This document shows, one piece after another, positions 10,135-19,600 of a stretch of 64,000 nucleotides of DNA. The stretch spans positions 64,001 through 128,000 of the forward strand of contig CAWIIQ010000002.1 in the NCBI GenBank assembly GCA_963836185.1. Direction: 5' to 3'. Every line of letters begins with the position of its first letter. The stretch's first letter is position 1. The notes beneath the pieces were generated by a model, which was given only the letters and a program-made list of their open reading frames with translations, did no database searches and was not told the DNA's origin. The translations under genes were made by a program, and so were the position numbers. The DNA comes from Candidatus Krumholzibacteriia bacterium (GTDB lineage Bacteria > Krumholzibacteriota > Krumholzibacteriia > Krumholzibacteriales > Krumholzibacteriaceae).

Positions 10135-11061
10135 TCATTTCACACGGCGCGCGGCGAGCGCGCCGAATATCCCGGCAAGAGACAGTTCGGCGGCGATCAT
10201 TACGAGCCGCAGCAGCAGGGCCGCGATGATCGCCGATTCCGCCGGCACCAGCAGCGGGAGGACGAGCATCAGGATCCCCTCCCTTACGCCGAGCCCCCCC
10301 GGAGCGAATACGGCCAGCATACCGGCGAGACCGGCAGTATAGTAGACCCCGGTTATCGCGAGGTAACTGCCCGGCGGCACCGGACCGAGCGAGACAAGGA
10401 GCACGTAGAGCCCGACTCCCTGCAGCAGCCCAGGTATGATATAGAGGGCGGTCAGTCCGAGCATCGTGCCGTATCCCGGAAGGTTCCCCGGCCGTTCCCT
10501 GCCTGTCAGCCTGAAGATCAGTCCCGCGAGCCTGTGCAGCACGGGTGGAGAGAGCAGAGCCAGGGTTAAGGCGATCCCTGCCGGAGCGGCATATTTCAAC
10601 CATGGCGGGAAGGCGCCCGGAGCTGAGACGATACCGCAGAGCATCAGTATAAGAGCGGCCGAAAGGGCGGTTACGAGTTCGGTGCCGGTCGCTAGTGCGA
10701 CACGTCCGGCGGGTTGCGGCCTGTATGCCTCGATCCTGATGAGCGCGAGGCCGAGTTTGCCCGGGATATATCTGCCGAGGACAGAGAGGAAATATGCCCT
10801 GCCCGCTTTCACGGCATGTGCATGGAGGCCGAAAAGTGATGCGAGGCGGGTCCAGGCGGCGAATCTGGCGAGATAGCCAGCCGCCACAGCGAGGAAGGAG
10901 AGCAGTACGGCCCAGGCCCTGATCTGTGAAAAATATCCCGCGAGCCTGTCCGCGTTTATCCATACAAACCAGGTCACGGCTCCCAGGGTCGCCGCGAAGA
11001 GGATCCAGCGGTATATCCTTCGGCCGCTTCCTTTACCAGGCTGATTTCCGTTCTCGTCCAA
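10135..11061 (-). CDS. UPF0104 / lysylphosphatidylglycerol-synthase-TM flippase-like protein
   Basis: LGRYIPGK and PGGLGVREG motifs; multi-TM. Confidence 0.85.
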   Translation of the reverse strand: MDENGNQPGKGSGRRIYRWILFAATLGAVTWFVWINADRLAGYFSQIRAWAVLLSFLAVAAGYLARFAAWTRLASLFGLHAHAVKAGRAYFLSVLGRYIPGKLGLALIRIEAYRPQPAGRVALATGTELVTALSAALILMLCGIVSAPGAFPPWLKYAAPAGIALTLALLSPPVLHRLAGLIFRLTGRERPGNLPGYGTMLGLTALYIIPGLLQGVGLYVLLVSLGPVPPGSYLAITGVYYTAGLAGMLAVFAPGGLGVREGILMLVLPLLVPAESAIIAALLLRLVMIAAELSLAGIFGALAARRVK

Positions 11062-11089
11062 GGTCCGCCTTTCGCCGACCGGTACGCGG

Positions 11090-13441
11090 TCAGAAGTTAA
11101 GGAATGTCTTCTGGCCCAGCATATATATGTAATGCAGGGGCCATGGGAGCCTCAGCATGACGGGCCTCATCCTGCCGGCAAAGGCCTGCCGGGCAAGAAG
11201 TATCATGAATGCCGATACGCGGTCGTTCCATCTTGCCGGGAACCTGCCGGACCCCTTTATCCTGAGGCCGAAGATCCTGGAGATCTTCTCCCTGCCCGCG
11301 GTGCCGTAAGTATGCCATATAACGGCCCGCTTCTGGGCCTGAACGGCGAGCACGGGAGGGATCTCTGATACGAGAGCCCGGCGGGAGGAAGCGAGTAGGC
11401 CGCCTGCCTCGTCTCCTCTGCCGGTAAGCGATACGGCCATCGAATGCTTGATCCGGCTCCTCTTCATCTCTGGTAGCCATGCATCGCCGAAACTGATGTC
11501 CGAGTCGTCCGCGAAGTGGTCCTCGCAGGAGAGGCAGCGTCCCATGCAGTCCGCGTACAGGTTCTGCAGCAGGCCGTAACCATGGTTGAACGGGATACTG
11601 ACAGTAGAGCCGCCGTTCATCAGTATCTCTGTCGTGCCCCTCCATCTCCCTTTCCTGTACCAGAAACCTCTGATATCGCTCCTGTCCACCGACCGGCAGT
11701 CGAGGAAATCATCCACGAGGCGCCTGTGGGTCGCGTGCCCGCACCAGAGCCCGATCCTCAGTGTGATCTCTCCCCTGCGGGGGCGGTTGCTTTTGAGCCA
11801 TTTATCGATCGATGTCCACTGGCAGGGGAGGGCGACGGCCGCGAACCGGCCTTCGGTCTCCTTGAGGATCTCGATTATTCCCGCCGAGTGGCTGAAATCG
11901 CTGTAGATGCTTGTGCGGCAGTCGAGTATATCGGCCGATGTCCTGCACAGGACCGTTTCGAACTCGAGCCCGCCCTCGCCCGGCACCGTCCTTGCGGTGA
12001 TCGCTCCATCTATATCACCTCTTTCGAGGAGTTCGGTCAGGAGCGTCGAGACGAGCCCTCCGGAGGCTGCTCCATCGCGGATATCCACGTCCGCACTGTA
12101 TCCCATCCAGGCTCCGCGGAGCCTTTTCCTGTATATATCCCGGTAAAGCCGGGCCGATGTCTTCCCTGTCCTGACCGGTATCTCCGCTTTTTCGAGAAGA
12201 GCCGCTGCATATTCGAGCTGGGACCGGGAAGATTCCCTGACAGCGGGAAGAGAGGCCTCTATCTTCCGCCTGATCTCCTCCCTGCCGGTGAGCGTTGTCC
12301 TGACCGCTCCGGCGAGGCTGTCGATGTTCAGGCCGGTCATATCGATGACAAGGTCCCCCAGCCCGAATTCATCCATCACCTCCCTGTACTTGTGGCTCCA
12401 CGCGGGAACCACGCATGGAACACCGACGCAAAGAGACGAGATCATCGCGTGGAACCTGCAGGCGACGAACGAGTCGAAGCCCGAGATGACCTCTCTGAGT
12501 CCGGCGGCGGAGAGCTCCCTGTCGATAAAAAAAGCCCTGTCCCTGTTGCGCATCTGTTCCAGAACTGCCGAGCATATATGGTAATCGTTGTTACGCGACC
12601 TCTTTTCCGGCCCCAGCCAGCTGTGCGCGATCAGCACGGCCCTGCCGCCGGTCTCCTCTATCATGCGGTCGAGGAGGGAGGCAAGCAGGCCGGCGAGGTC
12701 GATCCCCGCTGCCGAGAGGTTGTCCGCGAGGACCTGGCTCGGCGCCGCTCCTATGACGGTACCTTCGCCCTGCGGGATCGCGGCTCCTGATACTTCTTCA
12801 GGCATTGTTTCATCGAGGATGAAGGCGAGATCGGCTGCGGGCCTGAAACGGGTGATCCCCGCGCTTTTGAGCTGTCCGGCCGTGGCCGGGCCCCTTGCGA
12901 AGGTCATGCGGCATCTCTTCAGGATAAATCGTGCCGTATTCCTGTTGAAAAGGCCCTTGAGGGGGCCTATGGCTTGTGAGAGCCTTATGACGGGGGTGCC
13001 GCACAGTATCCCGGGCAGGCTGCAGGCCGCATTATAGAGGAGGGCGGCCGGCCTGCCGTCGACGAAAGAGATACCTTCGATATCGAGAATAGCGTCGGCT
13101 GACGCGATCGCGTCCAGCAGGGGCCATTTTCTCATAAATCCGCACGGGAGGCGGAGTCTGCGCAGAATAGCGTAGCAGGCTGCCGCGAGGGGCAGTATGA
13201 ACACGAGGGCGAACGGTGGGGCCGCGACGAGGCTGGTACCCGGCGGCTGCGTCCGCTGCCCGTCCTCTTCGGGATAGACACTCAATACATCGATATCGAG
13301 CCGTCCCCCGAGCATTTGGCGGAGGTTGTATATCGTGCTCTCGAGCATCGCTGAGGCGCCCTTGTTCCCCGAGTAAGAGCCTCCGATGACAGCGATACGC
13401 CGAAATCCGGGTCTTTTGATCATATTTATCGTCTTTCCCAC
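11090..13441 (-). CDS. Polysaccharide pyruvyltransferase fused to a coenzyme F420 hydrogenase beta-subunit (FrhB)-like domain
   Basis: N-half: GNKGASAM, SQAIGP, ADLAF, RFHAMI, SHK. C-half: AASGGLVS, ALPCQ, GLWCGH, CLSC..DISFGDAW. Confidence 0.85.
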   Translation of the reverse strand: MGKTINMIKRPGFRRIAVIGGSYSGNKGASAMLESTIYNLRQMLGGRLDIDVLSVYPEEDGQRTQPPGTSLVAAPPFALVFILPLAAACYAILRRLRLPCGFMRKWPLLDAIASADAILDIEGISFVDGRPAALLYNAACSLPGILCGTPVIRLSQAIGPLKGLFNRNTARFILKRCRMTFARGPATAGQLKSAGITRFRPAADLAFILDETMPEEVSGAAIPQGEGTVIGAAPSQVLADNLSAAGIDLAGLLASLLDRMIEETGGRAVLIAHSWLGPEKRSRNNDYHICSAVLEQMRNRDRAFFIDRELSAAGLREVISGFDSFVACRFHAMISSLCVGVPCVVPAWSHKYREVMDEFGLGDLVIDMTGLNIDSLAGAVRTTLTGREEIRRKIEASLPAVRESSRSQLEYAAALLEKAEIPVRTGKTSARLYRDIYRKRLRGAWMGYSADVDIRDGAASGGLVSTLLTELLERGDIDGAITARTVPGEGGLEFETVLCRTSADILDCRTSIYSDFSHSAGIIEILKETEGRFAAVALPCQWTSIDKWLKSNRPRRGEITLRIGLWCGHATHRRLVDDFLDCRSVDRSDIRGFWYRKGRWRGTTEILMNGGSTVSIPFNHGYGLLQNLYADCMGRCLSCEDHFADDSDISFGDAWLPEMKRSRIKHSMAVSLTGRGDEAGGLLASSRRALVSEIPPVLAVQAQKRAVIWHTYGTAGREKISRIFGLRIKGSGRFPARWNDRVSAFMILLARQAFAGRMRPVMLRLPWPLHYIYMLGQKTFLNF

Positions 13442-13566
13442 TATTTTTTTCTCCCGGCCGGCTCCCTGAAGGTTGCCGGTGGCATCTTATCATTCCCCGG
13501 CGTTGCCAGTAAACCCTCCTGTACTGTTAAGAACTTGTTTTAGTAGTATTATGGCGATTTTCGGGG

Positions 13567-13596
13567 TTGACATATCCAGCTCCATTGTGCTACAAT
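13567..13596 (+). promoter_or_regulatory. Strong sigma70-type promoter of the surface-protein operon
   Basis: TTGACA (13567-13572), 18 nt, extended -10 TG-C-TACAAT (13588-13596). Confidence 0.75.
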
Positions 13597-13699
13597 TCCC
13601 ATTGTCGAGTAAGTTAACGGTATCTCCAACTTAATAGGCGGAAGGGGGAAGTGACTAGCCCGGTTCTACTTAGTTTACCTTTAAGGTCCCAAACCTTTT

Positions 13700-13714
13700 A
13701 GGAGGTTTAGGAGG
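13700..13714 (+). promoter_or_regulatory. Tandem Shine-Dalgarno (AGGAGG x2)
   Basis: AGGAGGTTTAGGAGG 8 nt upstream of ATG 13723. Confidence 0.7.
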
Positions 13715-13722
13715 TTAACACG

Positions 13723-14367
13723 ATGTTCAAAGGAAAAGTCCTGCTTTTCTCTTTGCTGCTGGTTTTCGCAACCTCCCTTCACGCCGGTGACGTGGATGTG
13801 TGTACAAGTGACGCTGGAACGAGCTGTGCTCTGAGAGTATCGATCTGTCCGGCTGGCGACTTCGAATTCATCCGTACTGGTTGCGGCGGCGACGCAGATT
13901 ATATCTGGGTCGAGGTCAAGGATGCTGCCGGTGTTGGCATTGCTGGTGTTCCCTGGACAGATTACTGGATGAATGCCTGTGACGGCGCCCAGGAACTCTG
14001 CCTCTGCGCGAGCCCCATCGTTGCTGATTCACTGACGAACATTTATGGACGCACAACGTTCTCCGGTCGTATGGCAGCCGGTGGCTGTATACTCACTGGC
14101 GGTCTCTATGTTGCGTGCCAGGGTAAGGTTTTCCTGGATGTTGCTACCTGTACTGATCCGATCTGTATTGACGTTGTAATAGTCAGCCCGGACATGACCG
14201 GCGACTGCCACGTCAACCTTTCGGACTTTAGCTTCTTCGGGGATTCTTACAACAAGCAGCTCGGTGATGCTGGTTACAGTTCCTGCGCTGACTTTAACGA
14301 CGACGACTGGTGCAACCTGAGTGATTTCTCGTTCCTGGGTGAGCATTATCAGCACGCGTGCTTCTAA
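13723..14367 (+). CDS. Secreted Cys-rich protein with C-terminal dockerin-like double Ca-binding repeat
   Basis: Signal peptide (...SLHA), about 15 Cys, repeats DMTGDCHVNLSDF and DFNDDDWCNLSDF. Confidence 0.75.
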   Translation: MFKGKVLLFSLLLVFATSLHAGDVDVCTSDAGTSCALRVSICPAGDFEFIRTGCGGDADYIWVEVKDAAGVGIAGVPWTDYWMNACDGAQELCLCASPIVADSLTNIYGRTTFSGRMAAGGCILTGGLYVACQGKVFLDVATCTDPICIDVVIVSPDMTGDCHVNLSDFSFFGDSYNKQLGDAGYSSCADFNDDDWCNLSDFSFLGEHYQHACF

Positions 14368-14392
14368 ATTTGTTTGCTGCTAATCTAGCGAA

Positions 14393-14416
14393 CCCTTAAG
14401 ATGTGACATCTTAGGG
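14393..14416 (+). other. Intergenic hairpin (possible mRNA-stabilising element)
   Basis: CCCTTAAGATG / CATCTTAGGG arms with one bulge. Confidence 0.5.
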
Positions 14417-14441
14417 CTGCATTTTGAAAGGGAGTTGGATT

Positions 14442-14992
14442 ATGAAGAGAGTACTGCTGACAGTTGCTGTAGCTCTCCTGATCCCCTCAATCCTGATGGC
14501 TGCTCCGGTGACTCTCGGTGTGTATTTCGAAGGAAGCCTCGCTTACACGCCTCAGAGTCCCTCGACAACCTTCCTAGGCGGTCTGTACATAGTACAGAGC
14601 GACTATTACGTGACGGGCGTGGAATACCAGTCTGTTCAAGCCGGATTACAATCTGGCTCTGATCATCCTGGTCATATCCGCCCAATCACGCACTGCGATA
14701 TAGGTGATCCTTTCGGTGGCCACTCGGTCACGTTACTGGCCGCCTCTTACAGGTTATCCCTGACGGCTATGATCTCCTTGTGAATTATGAGTTCATGCTT
14801 GTGGTACCCTGTTCTCAGGCGACTAACTACACGATCGAAGTGGGACCGAATCCGGGTTCAGGGTATCTGCGAGGGACTTATGCCCCCGACAACGACTTCT
14901 TCGATATTATCGGCCTCACTTCGTACTTATGTCCGGAGGGAGTCGCTACAGAGGAAGAGAGCTGGGGAGCTATAAAGTCCATGTACAGGTAA
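14442..14992 (+). CDS. Secreted protein with C-terminal TEEESWGAIKSMYR tag (broken by several apparent indels, ~14631-14761)
   Basis: Signal peptide MKRVLLTVAVALLIPSILMA. Frames rejoin as ..GDPFGGHSVT-YWPPLTGYP-DGYDLLVNYEFM.. if single bases near 14733 and 14761 are removed. Confidence 0.7.
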
Positions 14993-15013
14993 GGAAAGAA
15001 AAGTCGCAGGTCA

Positions 15014-15162
15014 TGGCTGGATGAATTCCTCATCCAGCCAGGGGCCGTGCGGGGAAGGGAGGTGGTGAGTAGAGCTGGTATCTGCTTTAAAACTGCTCAG
15101 CACCGTTGATCTTCCTGCTACCGATTAAACGGGCTGAATAAACTGAATTGGTTATCTTCAGC
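15014..15162 (+). other. Structured intergenic region: three consecutive stem-loops
   Basis: TGGCTGGATGA/TCATCCAGCCA (15014-15040); GGTG.TGAGTAG/CTGCTCA.CACC (15061-15104); GCTGAA/TTCAGC (15133-15162) abutting the AGGAG SD. Confidence 0.6.
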
Positions 15163-15177
15163 AGGAGTGAGACAGAG

Positions 15178-15719
15178 ATGAAGAAAATTCTATTGACAAT
15201 CGCAGCGATCGCTCTGTTCGCTGTCCCGGCGTCGGCTCAGGTTTACAGTATCTGGAGCGATGCAGAAATGACAGTTGTGCTGTTACAGCGGCACCGTACG
15301 GACAGTACCAGGTCTTCCTCGTAGTGGAGCCGGGCCCGACAGGCGTTATCGCCGTCGAGTACCAGTTCGTTGGACCCGCTGACCAGGTCGCTCTGGCATC
15401 AATCCCCATCGATGATATCAACCTTTCAACGGGTACGCCTTACAACGCACCCGGGATGACTATCTCGCTGGGTTCGTGCTACTACGATCCGTTCGTGCTC
15501 TACACGTTCACATTCATGAACACGAATTCCGATCCTACGTACACGGCGTACATGATGGTGGAGCCTCACGGCGAAACCGCCAAGCTGATCGTCGCAGAGT
15601 GCCCTGGCGATCGTATTGAGCTTCCCGCCACCCTTTACAACCACTTGGGTCTGAATACCGGTTGTGTGGTCGGAACAGAAGAGTCGAGCTGGGGAGCCAT
15701 CAAGAGCATGATGGACTAG
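15178..15719 (+). CDS. Secreted protein with C-terminal TEESSWGAIKSMMD tag (one apparent missing base near 15272)
   Basis: ATG 15178 gives MKKILLTIAAIALFAVPASA|QVYSIWSDAEMT, which joins SCAVTAAPYGQYQVFLVVEPGPTG in the 15324 frame. Confidence 0.8.
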
Positions 15720-15744
15720 TCGAGACTCTGTTTTGATAGAATGA

Positions 15745-15776
15745 AGGGGGAGCCCTCACGGGCTTCCCCTTTTTTT
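15745..15776 (+). terminator. Rho-independent terminator
   Basis: AGGGGGAGCCC-TCAC-GGGCTTCCCCT followed by a T tract. Confidence 0.9.
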
Positions 15777-15811
15777 ATCATGATCCTTTTCTGGAAAAAT
15801 CCTGCTGAACA

Positions 15812-15820
15812 TGTTATAAT
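15812..15820 (+). promoter_or_regulatory. Extended -10 promoter
   Basis: TG-T-TATAAT upstream of the third WGAIK gene. Confidence 0.55.
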
Positions 15821-15925
15821 GCAGCCGTAACAGGGATTCATCAGTAACACATCTCCGGCCCGATCATCAGCACATACATCCGGATACTGCCGCAATGTCG
15901 CCAGGTTTCTGTCAGGAGGCTCGTC

Positions 15926-16463
15926 ATGAGCAGATTTCTTGTCGCGGCCGTTCTGGTCTGCGTCCTTCGCCGTGCCCGCGCATGGGCAGTATTTCAGCTT
16001 GTGGGCGGATGAGGGGAAGACAGCGTCCGAGTTCTGGACTTCGTCGCCCTATCAGGCCTTTACGATCTATGTATTTCTCGATCCTGGTTCGGACGGAGCT
16101 TACGGGGCGGAGTACAAGATGACAGGGCCCGCGGGCCATTTCTCGACAGGGAATACGCCTGCTCCCTTCATCAACAGCGCCATGATTGGTACTCCTTACG
16201 GCGCTCCGGGTATCAGCGCCGTATTTCTGAGCTGTCAGGAAGATACTGTATGGCTCTTCGCCGTAGACTGCATGGCAGGCAGCGTCGAGCCGGGGGTCTA
16301 CTCGATCGTGGAGAACGATAACAGCAGCTTCTGCGGGATCGCTACATGTGAAGAGCCCGGTAGGCCCCTGTGCGATGCGACGACATACAACAGTTTCTGC
16401 TATAACAAGAGCGATGACAGCACAGAGGAATCTACATGGGGGGCGATCAAGATACAGTTCTGA
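15926..16463 (+). CDS. Secreted protein with C-terminal TEESTWGAIKIQF tag, paralog of the previous gene (frameshift in the signal peptide near 15959)
   Basis: AGGAGG SD, then ATG 15926 MSRFLVAAVLV joins ASFAVPAHG|QYFSLWAD. Colinear with the previous protein (S.W.D, PY, EY..GPA, GTPY.APG, AT.YN). Confidence 0.78.
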
Positions 16464-16530
16464 TAACGGGATCCTGCCTCTCAGCCTGATTCGTACAGTG
16501 ATTTTTCATTGGGTATCAGCGCCTCCGGTT

Positions 16531-16539
16531 TGTTATAAT
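16531..16539 (+). promoter_or_regulatory. Extended -10 promoter for the C25 gene
   Basis: TG-T-TATAAT about 60 nt upstream of the start. Confidence 0.5.
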
Positions 16540-16600
16540 TACTGAAGAATACGATATCCCCCGGATCCCCGTCCCAACCCCTGGGAGAAGGAGAGATCAC

Positions 16601-19600
16601 TTGAAAAGAGTAGATGCTGGATCCGTGTCCAGACGGATTATATATACGTTCCTCTTAACGGCTGTTTTCTTCATGGCCGGATCCTTGTTTTCATCGCGCG
16701 GAGCCTGCGCTGCCCTGGCAGGCGTAAAGGTACTCCGCTCCGACGGGTCCTCAGTCACTTTCGAGATATCGGTGCCCTCTCCACGTGTAGAGAGCGGCAG
16801 TGACGGTTCGAGGGTCGTCCTCGACGGATACGGCACATTTTCTCCTCCCGGAGCGCTTCTGTTTCCCGCGAGGACCTTTCATGTCGCGGTGCCCGCTCTG
16901 GGCGAGCCTTCCATTTCCTGGACAGTCACCGACAGTGAAGCGATAGGTCCCCTCACGCTTTCCCGTGTCATGGGCGAAAGGTTCATAAGGTACGGAGATG
17001 ACGGCATCCCCGTCACGGAGACATATCTTCCCGAAGATCCATGGAGCGGCGGTCCGCCCATGGAAGTCGTCACCTCTGTGCTACCTGCGATGATGGGAAG
17101 GCAGAGAGTCATGCCGGTACGGGTGAGCCCGTTGACCGAGCGCGACGGCAGCTTCACCCTTGCGAGGAAGATCACCGTCACAGTCTCTTTCGGCACTGCC
17201 TCCGGTTCACTGCCGGAACGGTCCGATCCGTCTGCGTCGCCGGCGCTCTCGGGCGCGTGGAAACGTATGTACGACAGGGTCCTTGTCAATCCCGCGGACA
17301 CCGAGCGGTTGATAAGCCCGGTAAAAGACAGGGCCGTGATGCGTTCACCTATGGCTCCGGGGAAGAAACTCAAGATAAGGATCCCCGAGACAGGGGTGTA
17401 CTCTGTGCGCGCCGACTCCCTCATCGCTTCCGGGCTTTCCCCTTCGCTGTCCAACAACGGATTCGCGTTGAAGAAGCTCTTCTACGACGATACAGAGCCC
17501 GACCTGGCCAGGGAGGTCGATATCCCTTACCGGGTGATCAAGGGTTCCGGCTCGGCAGCCGATATATTCGAAGGCGACGATCTGCTCGTCTTCTTCGCCA
17601 TGGGGATAAAGGACGACGTGGATGCCGGCGACACCATGGCTGTTTTCAATACTTACAACCTCATATGGCTCGTAGAGGATGAAGCGGGGGCAGTGATGCA
17701 GGACGGCGCCGGGTTCCCTTCGGGCTCAGGGACGCGGCAGACTGATTTCCTCCATGTAGAAAAAGCGAGGAAGGATACCTGGTACAACAAGTATGTCAGG
17801 GCGGGCATGAAGGACTTCAACTTTATTGCCGGCCCGGTAAATGGCGAGAACGCAGTTGCCGTCACTATCCGAAACGTTTCGCCCGGCACGATCTACTCTG
17901 TTCACGTGCGTATTGCTGGAAACGAGAAGAGCAACGCGAGCCAGGACCTCGATTTTTATCTCCGCAATCCCCTGGGTACCCGGCTGCTCGGAAGCGGTGT
18001 AATATCCGAGACGAAGGAAATGGTATTTGATTTTAACAATATGATCTCTTTCTCGCTTACCGAGGGTACTAACGAGATCGTCGTCACGAGTCGTGAAGAG
18101 ACATATGGGTTCCTCATAAACGATCTCGCCGTGAAATACATGAGGGAGACGGCGGTGCATGATGATTACCTCGATTTCACGGTGGGGCAGGATGCCGGAA
18201 ACAGAGAGATCGAGATCACTGGATTCAGCGGGCAGGACGGATATCTTGTCGAGCTGACCGATCCTTTTGTGCCGGTCTTCCACGATATGCCGGCCGACTC
18301 ATTCATCGCTGACGGGGGATCGTACACTCTTCGACTCACTGTCCCCGCGGCGACCGACAGGCATTTCGTGGCCCTGGGCCGCGGCGCGGGGATGCACATC
18401 AACAATATCTGGATCGAGCCCGAAGCGGATGCCGCGAACAGTCTGCTGACAAGCCCCGGTCCCTACAACACGCTTGTGATCGCGCACCCGGACTTTCTCC
18501 CGCCGGTCAGCGACTATCTCTCACAGTATGTCTCGTGGAGAGAGGCGCAGGGGTACAGGATCCTCGTGGCCGATGTGGTGGATGTCTACGATGAATTCAA
18601 CGGCGGACTGGTATCAGCCGAAGCTATCAAGAGATTCATCAGGCATGGAGTCGAGACCTGGGGCGTTGAGTTCGTGCTTCTGGTAGGCGACGCGAGCGAG
18701 GACCATCGCAGGATCTTCATCGGTGATCCGCCCGATGTCAACGGGTCGGCGCCGGACTATGTGCCCTCATATACATACAGTGTGAATGTTATCGGCAGGG
18801 ATGATGACGAGGTGGTCGCCGCAGACAAGTATTACGAGTTTCTCGACGAGGCGCCCCCCTCCGGGTACGGCTCTCCTCCTTCAGGGTTACAGTACGCTCC
18901 GGCTGCCGCGTACCCCGACGTCTTCGTCGGCAGGCTGCCCGTCGGGCGCGAGGTCGAACTCAGGGCCCTTCTGACGAAGATGTACAGATTCGAGGAGCCT
19001 TCCGGCTACGATGCGTGGCGCAGGTCGATAGCGCTCTTTTCCGACGACGCCTGGTCGGGATACCTCTCGACGTATGCCTTCAACGACATAGAAAAACATT
19101 TTGAGTACGGTATGGACTCTGTAGCCGTCAAGATCGAGGAATCGCTGCCCGGAGGATTTGCCGTCAGCAGGCTTCATCTTTCCAAATGGACGGACGGGGT
19201 GCATGACGATCCTACTGCCGGTGGTTCCGATATCCTCAGAGAGTCTACCGACTCTACACGCCGGTATTTCACGCCCTACCTCAACAGGAAACTCAACGAC
19301 GGCTGCCTCTTTTTCTCTTTCCAGGGGCACGCGTCGAGGTCGAACTTCTCGACGGAAGCAGGTTTTTCCAACTTCAGCCAGTATCAGGATGTAGACAGCC
19401 TTCGCACAGACAGAAATCACATATTTTTCGGTGTCGGATGCCATATCAGCGATTTCGCGCGTATGCTCGAGTATTCCCGTTCCGGACTCGATGGACCGAA
19501 CGGGGACTGCATAACCGAGCAGCTCCTGTTTAAATCAAGGGCCGGCGCGGTCGGAACGTACGCCAGCACGGGATTCGAGTATCTGCTGGAGAACAAGTAT

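Noticed and set aside
10135-10229. 95-nt convergent overlap between GT2 and the flippase-like gene
   Set aside because: It disappears if one G in the GGG at 10127-10129 is removed, giving TGA at 10132-10134.
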